From contig CAVUWV010000031.1 of assembly GCA_963745075.1 (NCBI GenBank), forward strand, positions 224,001 through 288,000: 64,000 nucleotides of DNA, given 5' to 3'. The first letter of the stretch is position 1, and every line of letters starts with the position of its first letter. The notes beneath the pieces were generated by a model, which was given only the letters and a program-made list of their open reading frames with translations, ran no database searches and was not told the DNA's origin. The translations under genes were made by a program, and so were the position numbers. Below, piece by piece: positions 9,810-18,541 of the stretch. This DNA is from Candidatus Hydrogenedentota bacterium (GTDB taxonomy: Bacteria; Hydrogenedentota; Hydrogenedentia; Hydrogenedentales; SLHB01).

Positions 9810-9922
9810 AACGTCGGATGTTCCTTGTTGCAGCCGGATTGAACTCGAGGACGAACTTCTCTTCTCGTGCCCGAATCCACCGCAGTTTAGCAAAGGGGAA
9901 CGTGCAAACGCTAATCGAGTAT

Positions 9923-10936
9923 TCAAAAAACGGTGTGCCAAAGCGCGTTGAGCGACTCGACAAGCATACCGAGAACCCATGACGCCAGGAACAACACAAC
10001 GCCCACCACGACCATCGCGAGAATCATGTATCCCGTCAGTCCAATCGCAATGACATGAACGGGATAGGCTGCCTCCGCATAGAGATAGTCCGCGCACTTG
10101 TAGAGCAGCTCCTCGTCCCGGCCGGACAGTTCTCCAACGTTGACCATTTCCTGCACCATTTCGGGAAGCACCCCGGTCCGGCTGAGCGCCTCATGCAACG
10201 ACTCCCCTTGCTGCACCAGGGGTACCGCTTGGCACAGTGCTCGCTTGAGCCGGGGATGGGTTGTCACCGCGGCGGAACGTTCGATGCTCTGACGGATCGT
10301 CAGTCCCGCTCCCAACATGACCCCCATGCAGCGGCAGAACCGTGCCAACGCAAAACGGCGCCAAAGCCCGGCGATCGGCCGGATTCGCGAGAAAATGGGA
10401 TCGGTAATCTTCCTCAAAATCCCAAGGCGGGCAAGTATCACGATGGCAAGGAACATAGGACCGTACGCCCGTAGCATATACCACATGAATTGTAAGATGT
10501 ACGCCTCCGGGCTGAGAGATGTCAGTATGAAGCCTGACACGAAAGGGATAATGAACCACCAGGTAATCAGGAGACAGATCGGGTACATAGCCCCACGCCA
10601 ATACAGACGTATCAACCGCAGCATTTGCTCGTAGTGTTTGGTCAGGTCTTCGAGGACGACATCCTGGCGGCCGGCCACCTCACCGGCAATCATGGTCTCT
10701 ACGAACATGTCCGGCAAGTATTTCGACTCCTTGCGGAGTGCGTCGCCAAGGGTACCTCCCCGCCGAAGGACGTCGATCATGGAGGGCAGAATCTTATGAA
10801 ACGGTTTGCCGTGGGGACTCTCTCGAAGAAGGCTGAGGGCACGTACGATGGGAATACCCCCGTTCGTCATTGATGACAACTGGTAGCTCAATTGAGCCAT
10901 GCGTTTGGTCGAGAACTTGGACGAGAAAAGCCCCAC
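9923..10936 (-). CDS. Second PilC/GspF family protein
   Basis: QLSSMTNGGIPIVRAL, GEVAGRQD, FCRCMGVMLGAGL, VGELSGR; GTG 10936 with GGAGGT RBS; N-terminus (VGLFSSK) parallels the neighbour. Confidence 0.85.
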   Translation of the reverse strand: MGLFSSKFSTKRMAQLSYQLSSMTNGGIPIVRALSLLRESPHGKPFHKILPSMIDVLRRGGTLGDALRKESKYLPDMFVETMIAGEVAGRQDVVLEDLTKHYEQMLRLIRLYWRGAMYPICLLITWWFIIPFVSGFILTSLSPEAYILQFMWYMLRAYGPMFLAIVILARLGILRKITDPIFSRIRPIAGLWRRFALARFCRCMGVMLGAGLTIRQSIERSAAVTTHPRLKRALCQAVPLVQQGESLHEALSRTGVLPEMVQEMVNVGELSGRDEELLYKCADYLYAEAAYPVHVIAIGLTGYMILAMVVVGVVLFLASWVLGMLVESLNALWHTVF

Positions 10937-11088
10937 GTACACCTCCAGGCGAGGTAACGGCATTGCACGCCGTCTGTGCTACGATACGCTCTGCCGTTGC
11001 CAGACGGGTTGAGTGTAGCAAAACGATTGGACGTGCCTCATACGCGCACATCGCGTGTGCAAACAAGTGCAGGCCAGGAGATTGCGTA

Positions 11089-11610
11089 TTGGCTTTGGAA
11101 CCGCATTATCGGATGGTGCCCTCCTCCGATCTACCCCCGATACCAAGAAACCCGGTCCATGTTGTTCTGGACAACATCCGTAGCGCGTTCAACGTGGGCT
11201 CGATGTTCCGCACGGCGGACGCGGGAGCGGTCGAGCATATGCATCTCTGTGGGATGACGGCATTTCCACCGAATCTGAAGCTCAAGAAGACCGCGTTGGG
11301 CGCAACGGATTATGTGCCTTGGACCCACCGGCGGCGTACGGAGGAAGCGCTCGACTGGCTTCAGGCGGAAGGAATCCCCTGCTATGCCGTGGAAACGGCG
11401 GACGATGCCGTATCCCATACGCGTCTGGAATGGCCGCGGCCCACGGCAATCGTTTTGGGAAACGAGGTTACGGGCATCTCGCCGGATATCTTGGGGCGCT
11501 GCACCAAAACCGTCCAAATCCCGATGGGAGGTTATAAGAACACGATAAATGTGGCGACGGCTTTCGGGGTTGTGCTATTCGAGATTTTACGACAATGGGA
11601 AGCGAATTGA
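11089..11610 (+). CDS. TrmH/SpoU family RNA 2'-O-methyltransferase
   Basis: VVLDNIRSAFNVGSMFRTADA, VLGNEVTGI, IPMGGYKNTINVATA; start uncertain (TTG 11089 after AGGAG). Confidence 0.88.
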   Translation: MALEPHYRMVPSSDLPPIPRNPVHVVLDNIRSAFNVGSMFRTADAGAVEHMHLCGMTAFPPNLKLKKTALGATDYVPWTHRRRTEEALDWLQAEGIPCYAVETADDAVSHTRLEWPRPTAIVLGNEVTGISPDILGRCTKTVQIPMGGYKNTINVATAFGVVLFEILRQWEAN

Positions 11611-11792
11611 ACTAAAACGGGACCGGGCACGAATACAGGGACATGCGCCCGACGTTTGCGTAAGGGATGCGTGTAAACACGGGCTGGAAGACGCAGGCTA
11701 CGTCAGCGTATAGTGTTGGAACTGCAAGGTGTTGTTTTTTGTACGGATACTCAGGCAGGGAAACCCTGCCAACTCCTGGAGGATGGTGCACA

Positions 11793-12422
11793 ATGAGAAT
11801 CAAAGGTGTTGGTCTAATGGCATTGGCGCTGGCATTTACGCTGGCATCCGGTGCGGCATTCGCGGCGGACGAGGTCAAGGGTGACCCGTACCCCCTGGAT
11901 CACTGTTTCATGTCGGGTAAACCGCTGCCGGAAGGCGGGGACGCCGTGTCGACGGTTTACGAGGGCCGGCAAGTCAAGTTCTGCTGCAACGGGTGCAAGA
12001 GCAAGTTCGAGGCGGACCCGACGGCGGCGCTTTCCAAATTGGACACTGAGATCGTCGAACAGCAGAAATCTCGCTATCCGCTGAAGACCTGTGTGGTCAG
12101 CGGCGAGGCGATCAAGGACGGCGAAGGCGTCGATTTTGTATACAACAACCGGTACATGCACCTGTGCTGTGCGGGTTGCGAGAAGAAGATTAAGGCGGAT
12201 CCCGCCAGGTACATTGGCGACGTAGACGCGGCCGTGATCAAGTCTCAAGAAGGGTCGTACGCAGTGAAGACGTGTCCGGTTTCCGGTGAGGAGATTGGGA
12301 GCATGGGCGAGCCGGTCAAGATGGTGGTTGCCAACCAGTTGATCGAACTGTGCTGCAAGGGCTGCAAGAAGAAAGTCGACGCGGACCCGGCCAAGTATCT
12401 CTCGAAGGTGGAACCGAAGTAA
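11793..12422 (+). CDS. Exported protein with three YHS/TRASH-like Cys-rich metal-binding repeats
   Basis: Signal peptide; three C-x-x-SG...CCxGC...DP repeats. Confidence 0.8.
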   Translation: MRIKGVGLMALALAFTLASGAAFAADEVKGDPYPLDHCFMSGKPLPEGGDAVSTVYEGRQVKFCCNGCKSKFEADPTAALSKLDTEIVEQQKSRYPLKTCVVSGEAIKDGEGVDFVYNNRYMHLCCAGCEKKIKADPARYIGDVDAAVIKSQEGSYAVKTCPVSGEEIGSMGEPVKMVVANQLIELCCKGCKKKVDADPAKYLSKVEPK

Positions 12423-12455
12423 CGCAGCAAATCGACGCCGCAAGACGATGAAATT

Positions 12456-12499
12456 CGCGGGAACCGGGCACGTGCCCCGGTTCCCGCGTTTGGTTTTTT
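12456..12499 (+). terminator. Probable intrinsic terminator hairpin
   Basis: CGCGGGAACCGGG / CCCGGTTCCCGCG stem followed by TTTGGTTTTTT. Confidence 0.6.
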
Positions 12500-12529
12500 G
12501 GTGCCGGGTCGATGTGTACACTGGGTAGG

Positions 12530-12997
12530 ATGACGGAATCACGAGACAATCGCGACGAGAAATTTCCGCATGGCGCGCCGGCACAATCCGCGCCGGACGA
12601 GGAGTCCCTGATTCGAGCGGTCCAGGAGACGCGGGCGGTGGCCAAGCGGGTCGTCGCCAATCCCACCAAAGCGGAACGGCTCGCCAATGCCGCCGATCGG
12701 AAAGCGAGTCGTAATGAAGGGGCAATTCGCCGGGTTCTCAACTATATTCGCGCGCTGACACGGCTTCTGCGCGCCTACGCGCGGAACGAGTACACGGTTA
12801 TCCCGTGGGGGTCGATCGTGTTGGTGGGGATTGCCCTTGTCTATTTCGTGTCGCCCGTGGACTTGATCCCCGACTTTTTCCCGGGCGGACTGATCGACGA
12901 CGTGGCCTTGGTCGCCACGATCGTTCAGCAAATTAAATCCGACTTGGACGCATTCTTGTCGTGGGAGCTGCGCGACCTATCCGAGGAGGACGCTTGA
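12530..12997 (+). CDS. YkvA/DUF1232 family protein
   Basis: ALVYFVSPVDLIPDFFPGGLIDD motif. Confidence 0.9.
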   Translation: MTESRDNRDEKFPHGAPAQSAPDEESLIRAVQETRAVAKRVVANPTKAERLANAADRKASRNEGAIRRVLNYIRALTRLLRAYARNEYTVIPWGSIVLVGIALVYFVSPVDLIPDFFPGGLIDDVALVATIVQQIKSDLDAFLSWELRDLSEEDA

Positions 12998-13000
12998 CGC

Positions 13001-15655
13001 TCAGTCGTCGTCATCTTCTGCCTCCTTCGTGACGCCCGGCCAGGCTTCATGGCCGACGTGTACACGTTTTGCGAGTACCGGATAGGGCGTGTCGTACCCC
13101 TTGACGGAGTGCCAGATTATTCGGTTGAGGGTATCCTCATCCGCCATGTCCACTTCATCGAGCGGTTGTTGGATTGACATCTCCGCATAGTGGCGTTGTT
13201 TACCTGACAGGGCGGTCTTCTCGGGGTTGAGTTCGTCGAGGGGGATGTTGTTGGGAAGATGGACGTAGGGTGTCGTGTCGGGCGCGTCCATGAAGCACTC
13301 CACCATGGGCGTCGCAGCCATGTCGAGTTGATTCATGGGGGGCAGTCCAAGAATCAGCTCGATGGTGCGCAGCATGCTGCTCTGATTGTAATGGGCGCCG
13401 ATCACTTCGCCGCGCTTCGTGTACGGGCTGACGCAGAGTGCAACGGTACGGTGGCCGTCTACGTGGTCCAGGCCGGCCTGGGGGTCGTCTTCAACCACAA
13501 AGATCGCCGTCTCGGGCCAGAACCGGCTGTGGCTGACCGCTTCGACGATGCGGCCGAGGGCCACGTCGTTGTCGGCAACCGCGGCCTGCGGCGTGGGATA
13601 CCCCGGCCGCGTGCCCACGGTATGGTCGTTGGGAAGCAGCATGATCATGAAGTTTGGCAGGTCGCCGTTGGCTTCGAATTGCTTGAGTTCGTTGATGAAC
13701 TCCTGGGCGCGGTAGACGTCCTGAACTTTTCCCGGAAACCCGATGAACGAAGGACACAGGTACGGCTCGAGCGTGTGCAGTTCCGTTGTCGCCTGAATAC
13801 TCACGTTGCGCGTGCCGTTGTTGTAATCGGCGTAGATGTCTTGCCACGTGGCGTTGCCGGGTTCGATCTTGGCTTTCACAAACTCGCCGTAGTCGCGGAA
13901 GGTCAGGCCCGCGCGCAGGGCGTAATCCCAGATGAATCCCGAGGAGGCATAGGCCAACGCGTCATCGCCGTCGTAGGGGTAGCTGCGGGAGAAATCGCCG
14001 AAACTTTTCTCGAGGTAATCGGTCACGTAGCCTTCATCGGTCCATTGGTGCCCATCCGCACTGAGGACCCCGTTGCAGTAGAAATTGTCGAGCAGAACGA
14101 AGGTTTCGGCAAGCGCGTGGTGATTGGGGGTAACGTCGCGCCCGAACTGGCAGAGGGTTGGATCGCCGTTGCCCTGGGGCATATCGCCGAACACCTGGTC
14201 GTAGGTGCGGTTTTCCTTGATGATGTACAGGACATGTTTGATGGGCGACACCTCGCCGGGGCGTGTGGGTAGGGGGGTGGTTCGCGGTTGGACGCGCTTG
14301 AGGTTCATGACCTCGTACATACGGGGCAACTGCATATTGGTGGCGACCCGAATCGTGTAGTTTTCGAGCGTGTCCACGTCGGGCACGTCCACGAACGCGA
14401 TCGAACCCAGGTGATCGTGCGAGTTGAAGCCGGTCCAGCCGCTGCCGAACATGTCGGCTTTCATCCCCGCGTTGGTTTTTTGATAGCGGCTACCAACGCC
14501 TTTCGTGTTGGCAATGCAGAGGGTGTTGCCGGTCAACAGAACGGCCCCGGGATACCATCCTGTGGGGATCAGACCGGTTACCCGCCTGGCAACCAGATCG
14601 ATTACGGCGATGGCGTTGTTGGCGCCATTCGCCACATAGAGGGATTTGCCGTCCCGGGAAATCGCCAGCGCGTTCGGCGCGCTGCCAAACGGCAAGTCGT
14701 CCATCGGCTTGACGCCCAAGGTGTCAATGCGGGTATCGGTTGCCGTATCGATTACGGAGACCGTGTCGCTGTTGGCATTGGCGACGTAGAGACGCGATCC
14801 GTCCGGAGACATTGCCATCTCGCTGGGGTGCAGATCGACGTCAATTTCCTTGATCGTTGTCCGCAGGGATAGGTCGACGACCGAAATGGTGCCGGTCGAG
14901 ACGATCCCCGTCTTCGGATCGACGACGGTGCGGCTTCCGGAGGTCGGCCCGGTGGTATCGGCATCGGTAGGCCGCCGCCCCGCCCAGTTGCTGACGTAGG
15001 CCTTGGCACCGGCAAGAAGGACGGTGTACGGCGCGATGCCTACGGGGATCTCGGATTCGACCTGACCCGACGCGAGATTCACGACGCCGAGCGTGTTGTT
15101 ACGGCTGAGGGTCACGTAGGCGATGCCGTTATCTTCGTCGAGCGCCAACCCGCCGGGACTGGAGTTTTTGTCGCCGTTGGGACCCGGCAGTACAAATTCG
15201 GCGGTCCACGCAAAGGTGCCGTCCGGCTGCACGGTGGCGCCCCGCAGAAACTGTTCAGTGGCAGTGTTCCAAAGGGTACGGCCGTCGCGGCTCCAGGCGA
15301 TGCCGCAGAAACTGTTGCCGTTGCTGGGGAGCTTCAGCGTCTGTTGGATTTCGCGGGTCGCCATATTGACGAAAGTCACGTCATTCCTATTCTTGACGGC
15401 AAGGATCGCGCCGTCGGGACTGAGCGCGAGGTCCACGGGGCGGCCGGGAAAGAGAATGGTCTTGCCTGCGGGGTCGATCCGCTGGGCCGTCGCAACGATG
15501 TAGGTACCATCGTTTTGAGGGCCCACGACGACTTTATCGAGGAACGCCTCGGGGCCGCGGTTCAGGGCTCGATCGATCCCCGGTGGATGCTGCATGGAGG
15601 TGACGCATCCGGTGGCCGCGGTTACGACGGCTAACACAAGCAGAATCCGGCGCAT
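13001..15655 (-). CDS. Lipoprotein: YVTN/YncE beta-propeller fused to alkaline phosphatase-like phosphoesterase
   Basis: Lipobox TAATGC; LYVANANSDTVSVID repeats; IIKENRTYDQVFGD, SADGHQW, EDDPQAGLDHVDGHR. Confidence 0.9.
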   Translation of the reverse strand: MRRILLVLAVVTAATGCVTSMQHPPGIDRALNRGPEAFLDKVVVGPQNDGTYIVATAQRIDPAGKTILFPGRPVDLALSPDGAILAVKNRNDVTFVNMATREIQQTLKLPSNGNSFCGIAWSRDGRTLWNTATEQFLRGATVQPDGTFAWTAEFVLPGPNGDKNSSPGGLALDEDNGIAYVTLSRNNTLGVVNLASGQVESEIPVGIAPYTVLLAGAKAYVSNWAGRRPTDADTTGPTSGSRTVVDPKTGIVSTGTISVVDLSLRTTIKEIDVDLHPSEMAMSPDGSRLYVANANSDTVSVIDTATDTRIDTLGVKPMDDLPFGSAPNALAISRDGKSLYVANGANNAIAVIDLVARRVTGLIPTGWYPGAVLLTGNTLCIANTKGVGSRYQKTNAGMKADMFGSGWTGFNSHDHLGSIAFVDVPDVDTLENYTIRVATNMQLPRMYEVMNLKRVQPRTTPLPTRPGEVSPIKHVLYIIKENRTYDQVFGDMPQGNGDPTLCQFGRDVTPNHHALAETFVLLDNFYCNGVLSADGHQWTDEGYVTDYLEKSFGDFSRSYPYDGDDALAYASSGFIWDYALRAGLTFRDYGEFVKAKIEPGNATWQDIYADYNNGTRNVSIQATTELHTLEPYLCPSFIGFPGKVQDVYRAQEFINELKQFEANGDLPNFMIMLLPNDHTVGTRPGYPTPQAAVADNDVALGRIVEAVSHSRFWPETAIFVVEDDPQAGLDHVDGHRTVALCVSPYTKRGEVIGAHYNQSSMLRTIELILGLPPMNQLDMAATPMVECFMDAPDTTPYVHLPNNIPLDELNPEKTALSGKQRHYAEMSIQQPLDEVDMADEDTLNRIIWHSVKGYDTPYPVLAKRVHVGHEAWPGVTKEAEDDDD

Positions 15656-15796
15656 GGGCAATCCTTTCTCCGACGACTGCGGGTGTTCGAAAGACTCCCG
15701 CAGTGTAGCCCAGACCGGGAGACCCTTCAACCGGGGCTTGAACGAATTCGGCCCATTGTGCTAGCGTCTGGGCAGATATCAACAGGAGATCTCCAC

Positions 15797-15919
15797 ATGT
15801 CGAACCATTTGCGTTGCTTGTCCCGGAAGCCCAAGTCCGCCGTGATCGGACCTGAACTCACCGCTCTTCAACAGTTCTTCGCATTTTTGACAAAAGGCAA
15901 GTTTATTCCGACCGCATAG
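15797..15919 (+). CDS. 40-aa small protein/peptide of unknown function
   Basis: AGGAG at 15784-15788, ATG 15797, own terminator at 15941-15977. Confidence 0.6.
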   Translation: MSNHLRCLSRKPKSAVIGPELTALQQFFAFLTKGKFIPTA

Positions 15920-15940
15920 GAAGGACTGGTCCGCAGTGTC

Positions 15941-15983
15941 CAGGCTGGTCCGGGCGTAGGCGCGGGCCAGCCTGTTTGTATTT
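15941..15983 (+). terminator. Intrinsic terminator after small ORF
   Basis: CAGGCTGGTCCG / CGGGCCAGCCTG stem then TTTGTATTT. Confidence 0.7.
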
Positions 15984-16071
15984 CAGACGGTTCGGCAATT
16001 TTCAAACCCCGCTTTCATACGCGATTGGCATCCGGTCGATCGGCTGCGGCTACGTGGAAAGGACAAAGACT

Positions 16072-16584
16072 ATGATCAACAGCAGCCTGGAAAAAGCGCT
16101 GAATAAGCAACTGAATATGGAACTCTACTCGGCGTATGCCTACGCGTCGATGGCGGCGTATTTCGAGCACAAGAATTACAATGGATTCTCGACCTGGATG
16201 AAGACGCAGGCGGCCGAGGAGATGGGCCACGCGCGAAAGTTCTACGAATACATCCTGAATGTGGGCGGCCGAGTGCAGCTCGACGCCATCGACAAGCCGC
16301 CGGCGGAATTCAAATCGCCGGTGTCGGTGTTCGAAGGGGCGCTCGAACACGAACGCAAGGTGACGAAGGCGATCTACAAGCTCGTGGACCTGGCCACTAA
16401 AGAGTCGCACCATGCGACGACAACGTTTCTGCAATGGTTCGTAACGGAACAGGTCGAAGAAGAAGCCGTCGCCGACAATATCGTGCAGCGCTTGACGATG
16501 GTGGGCGATTCGCCCGAGGGGCTGTTCATGATGGATCGGGAACTGGGTGCGCGCCAGTCGGAGCCTCCGGCCACGACCGGCTAA
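16072..16584 (+). CDS. ftnA: Non-heme ferritin
   Basis: LNKQLNMELYS, EEMGHA, LEHERKVT, FLQWFVTEQVEEE ferroxidase motifs; AAGGA RBS. Confidence 0.93.
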   Translation: MINSSLEKALNKQLNMELYSAYAYASMAAYFEHKNYNGFSTWMKTQAAEEMGHARKFYEYILNVGGRVQLDAIDKPPAEFKSPVSVFEGALEHERKVTKAIYKLVDLATKESHHATTTFLQWFVTEQVEEEAVADNIVQRLTMVGDSPEGLFMMDRELGARQSEPPATTG

Positions 16585-16604
16585 ACATAAAGCTACGACG
16601 TCGT

Positions 16605-16637
16605 GACGGGCCGTCTTTCCTGGCGGCCCGTTTTCTT
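16605..16637 (+). terminator. Intrinsic terminator after ftnA
   Basis: GACGGGCCGTC / GGCGGCCCGTT stem then TTCTT. Confidence 0.7.
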
Positions 16638-16711
16638 ATGCGCCGGTTTTGTTCCTGCGATTCACCTGCTATGATGACCGGGAACGGAGGGAAGACGGCA
16701 GGAGCCGGCCA

Positions 16712-17746
16712 ATGGCGGACCACAATCTGGACCAACTGGCAAGGGATTATGAATCCCTGTACCTGAGTTACATCGCCCTCAACCGGGAGGTCGATCACCT
16801 CTCGACACTCCGTGAAATCGGACTCGCCATCAACTCCTCACTCGATCTCAACGAGACGTTTACGATCATCGCAAACGTGGTTCACGGCGCCCTCGACATC
16901 GGCCGGTTGACCATCTTTCAAATCGAAAAGGACGGGAAAACGGTTCAGCCCGTGATTGCGAAGTATGGTGAGGACCTGATCGATCGGGAACGGCTGAAAG
17001 AAGAGGCGATGCCGCTCGCAGGCAATCCGATCGGCGAGGTGTTGCAGTACCGAAAGGTTGTTCTGATCAATACCCAGTGGCAGACGGCGGCGTACGTGCC
17101 GCTCATCGCGCAACATACTGCGGTAGGGGTTATGCGGCTGGAAGACCCCCGGAATGGCGGAGATTTTTCGGAAGACGATGCGACCCTGTTCCAGTCGTTG
17201 GGACTGCAGATCGCCATCGCCATTCGCAACGCGCAATTGTACGCCATGGCGGTGACGGACGGGCTGACGGGGCTGTACGTGCGCCGGTATTTCGACTTGC
17301 GGTTGGACGAGGAATTCGACCAGGCGAAGCGATACGGCCGTAAATTCGCGATCCTGCTGTTCGATATCGATCATTTCAAGCAGTTCAACGATACGCACGG
17401 TCATCAAACCGGCGACATGGTATTGCGGGAGTTCGCCGAGTTGATTGGAAACAACACGCGGCGCTCGGACATCTGCTGCCGCTACGGCGGAGAGGAAATG
17501 GTGGTGATTCTCCCGGAAACCGGGTTGAACGAGGCCTCACTGCTGGCGAGCAAATTGTGCGCGCGGATCCGGTCGCATCCATTTACGGGGACCGGCGGTG
17601 AGGAGCTATCGGTGACGGCAAGCATCGGCGTGGCCGCGTACGCGACGGAGTTTGGGAGTCCGTCGGCCTTGGTGGAAGCGGCGGACGAGGCGCTCTATGA
17701 GGCGAAACGGCTGGGACGCAACCGGGTGGAGCTAGCTGGCATTTAA
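16712..17746 (+). CDS. GAF-GGDEF diguanylate cyclase
   Basis: GAF region, TDGLTGL, DIDHFKQFNDTHGH, RRSD I-site, RYGGEEM active site. Confidence 0.93.
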   Translation: MADHNLDQLARDYESLYLSYIALNREVDHLSTLREIGLAINSSLDLNETFTIIANVVHGALDIGRLTIFQIEKDGKTVQPVIAKYGEDLIDRERLKEEAMPLAGNPIGEVLQYRKVVLINTQWQTAAYVPLIAQHTAVGVMRLEDPRNGGDFSEDDATLFQSLGLQIAIAIRNAQLYAMAVTDGLTGLYVRRYFDLRLDEEFDQAKRYGRKFAILLFDIDHFKQFNDTHGHQTGDMVLREFAELIGNNTRRSDICCRYGGEEMVVILPETGLNEASLLASKLCARIRSHPFTGTGGEELSVTASIGVAAYATEFGSPSALVEAADEALYEAKRLGRNRVELAGI

Positions 17747-17775
17747 GAACTTCTAATAAGAACCAAGTCGTCAGA

Positions 17776-17843
17776 TTGTGGTGCGGCCATCTTGGCTGCT
17801 TTTGGACCGATGGCGCCGACAGGCAGGGATGCCCGCACCACAA
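17776..17843. repeat. REP-like imperfect inverted pair between convergent genes
   Basis: TTGTGGTGCGGCCATCTTGGCT vs AGGCAGGGATGCCCGCACCACAA. Confidence 0.65.
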
Positions 17844-17884
17844 CGGCCGGAATCGATATGGTTTTTGTTAGAAGTTGTAAATTG

Positions 17885-18541
17885 TCACCGGGTTGCGTAG
17901 CACATGGGGAGGTCGATTCGGCGGTCGGCGACGGCAATGGCTTCTCCAGGGTCGTGCGTGGCAATCATGATCGTGATCCCGTCCGATTCCTTGCGCCGGT
18001 TTAGTTCGTCGGTCAAGAGTCCCCGGGAATCGGGATCCAGGTTTGAAAAGGGTTCATCGAGCAGGAGGACCCGAGGGTTGGTGGCAATGGCACGGGCGAA
18101 GGCGAGACGCTGTTGTTCGCCACCCGACAATTCTCCGGGATAGGCACGCGCAAGATCCTCCAACCCCACGGAGGCGAGCAGGTGGCCGGCGCGTTCGCGG
18201 CGTTCCTGTTGGGTCATTTCGGTGTTTTTGAGGACGAATTCGATATGGCGCGAGGCGCGCATATGCGGCCACAAGCCGAAGTCCTGGAACACCATACCAA
18301 CGATGCCGTCCGGCAAGTCCTGCGTCGTTCTCCCGTTGTGAAGCCCGTTCTCTTGAAAGGAAATGGTCCCGCCGTCCGGAACATCAAGTCCGGCAATCAG
18401 GCGAAGTAACGTAGTCTTGCCGCAGCCGGAAGGTCCGCACAAGGCAATGCACTCCCCATCGGCAACGGCGCACGAAAACGCGTCAAGGACCGTTCTCGCG
18501 CCAAAGCGTTTTACCACTGCTTGCACTTCAATCGCGTACAT
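17885..18541 (-). CDS. ABC importer ATP-binding subunit (Fe3+/polyamine type)
   Basis: GPSGCGKT, LSGGEQQR, LLLDEPFSNLD, ATHD. Confidence 0.92.
   Translation of the reverse strand: MYAIEVQAVVKRFGARTVLDAFSCAVADGECIALCGPSGCGKTTLLRLIAGLDVPDGGTISFQENGLHNGRTTQDLPDGIVGMVFQDFGLWPHMRASRHIEFVLKNTEMTQQERRERAGHLLASVGLEDLARAYPGELSGGEQQRLAFARAIATNPRVLLLDEPFSNLDPDSRGLLTDELNRRKESDGITIMIATHDPGEAIAVADRRIDLPMCYATR

Noticed and set aside
9925..9941. TGGCAC sigma-54-like -24 box upstream of the downstream pilC
   Set aside because: No GC at -12, and it lies within the last codons of the upstream gene.
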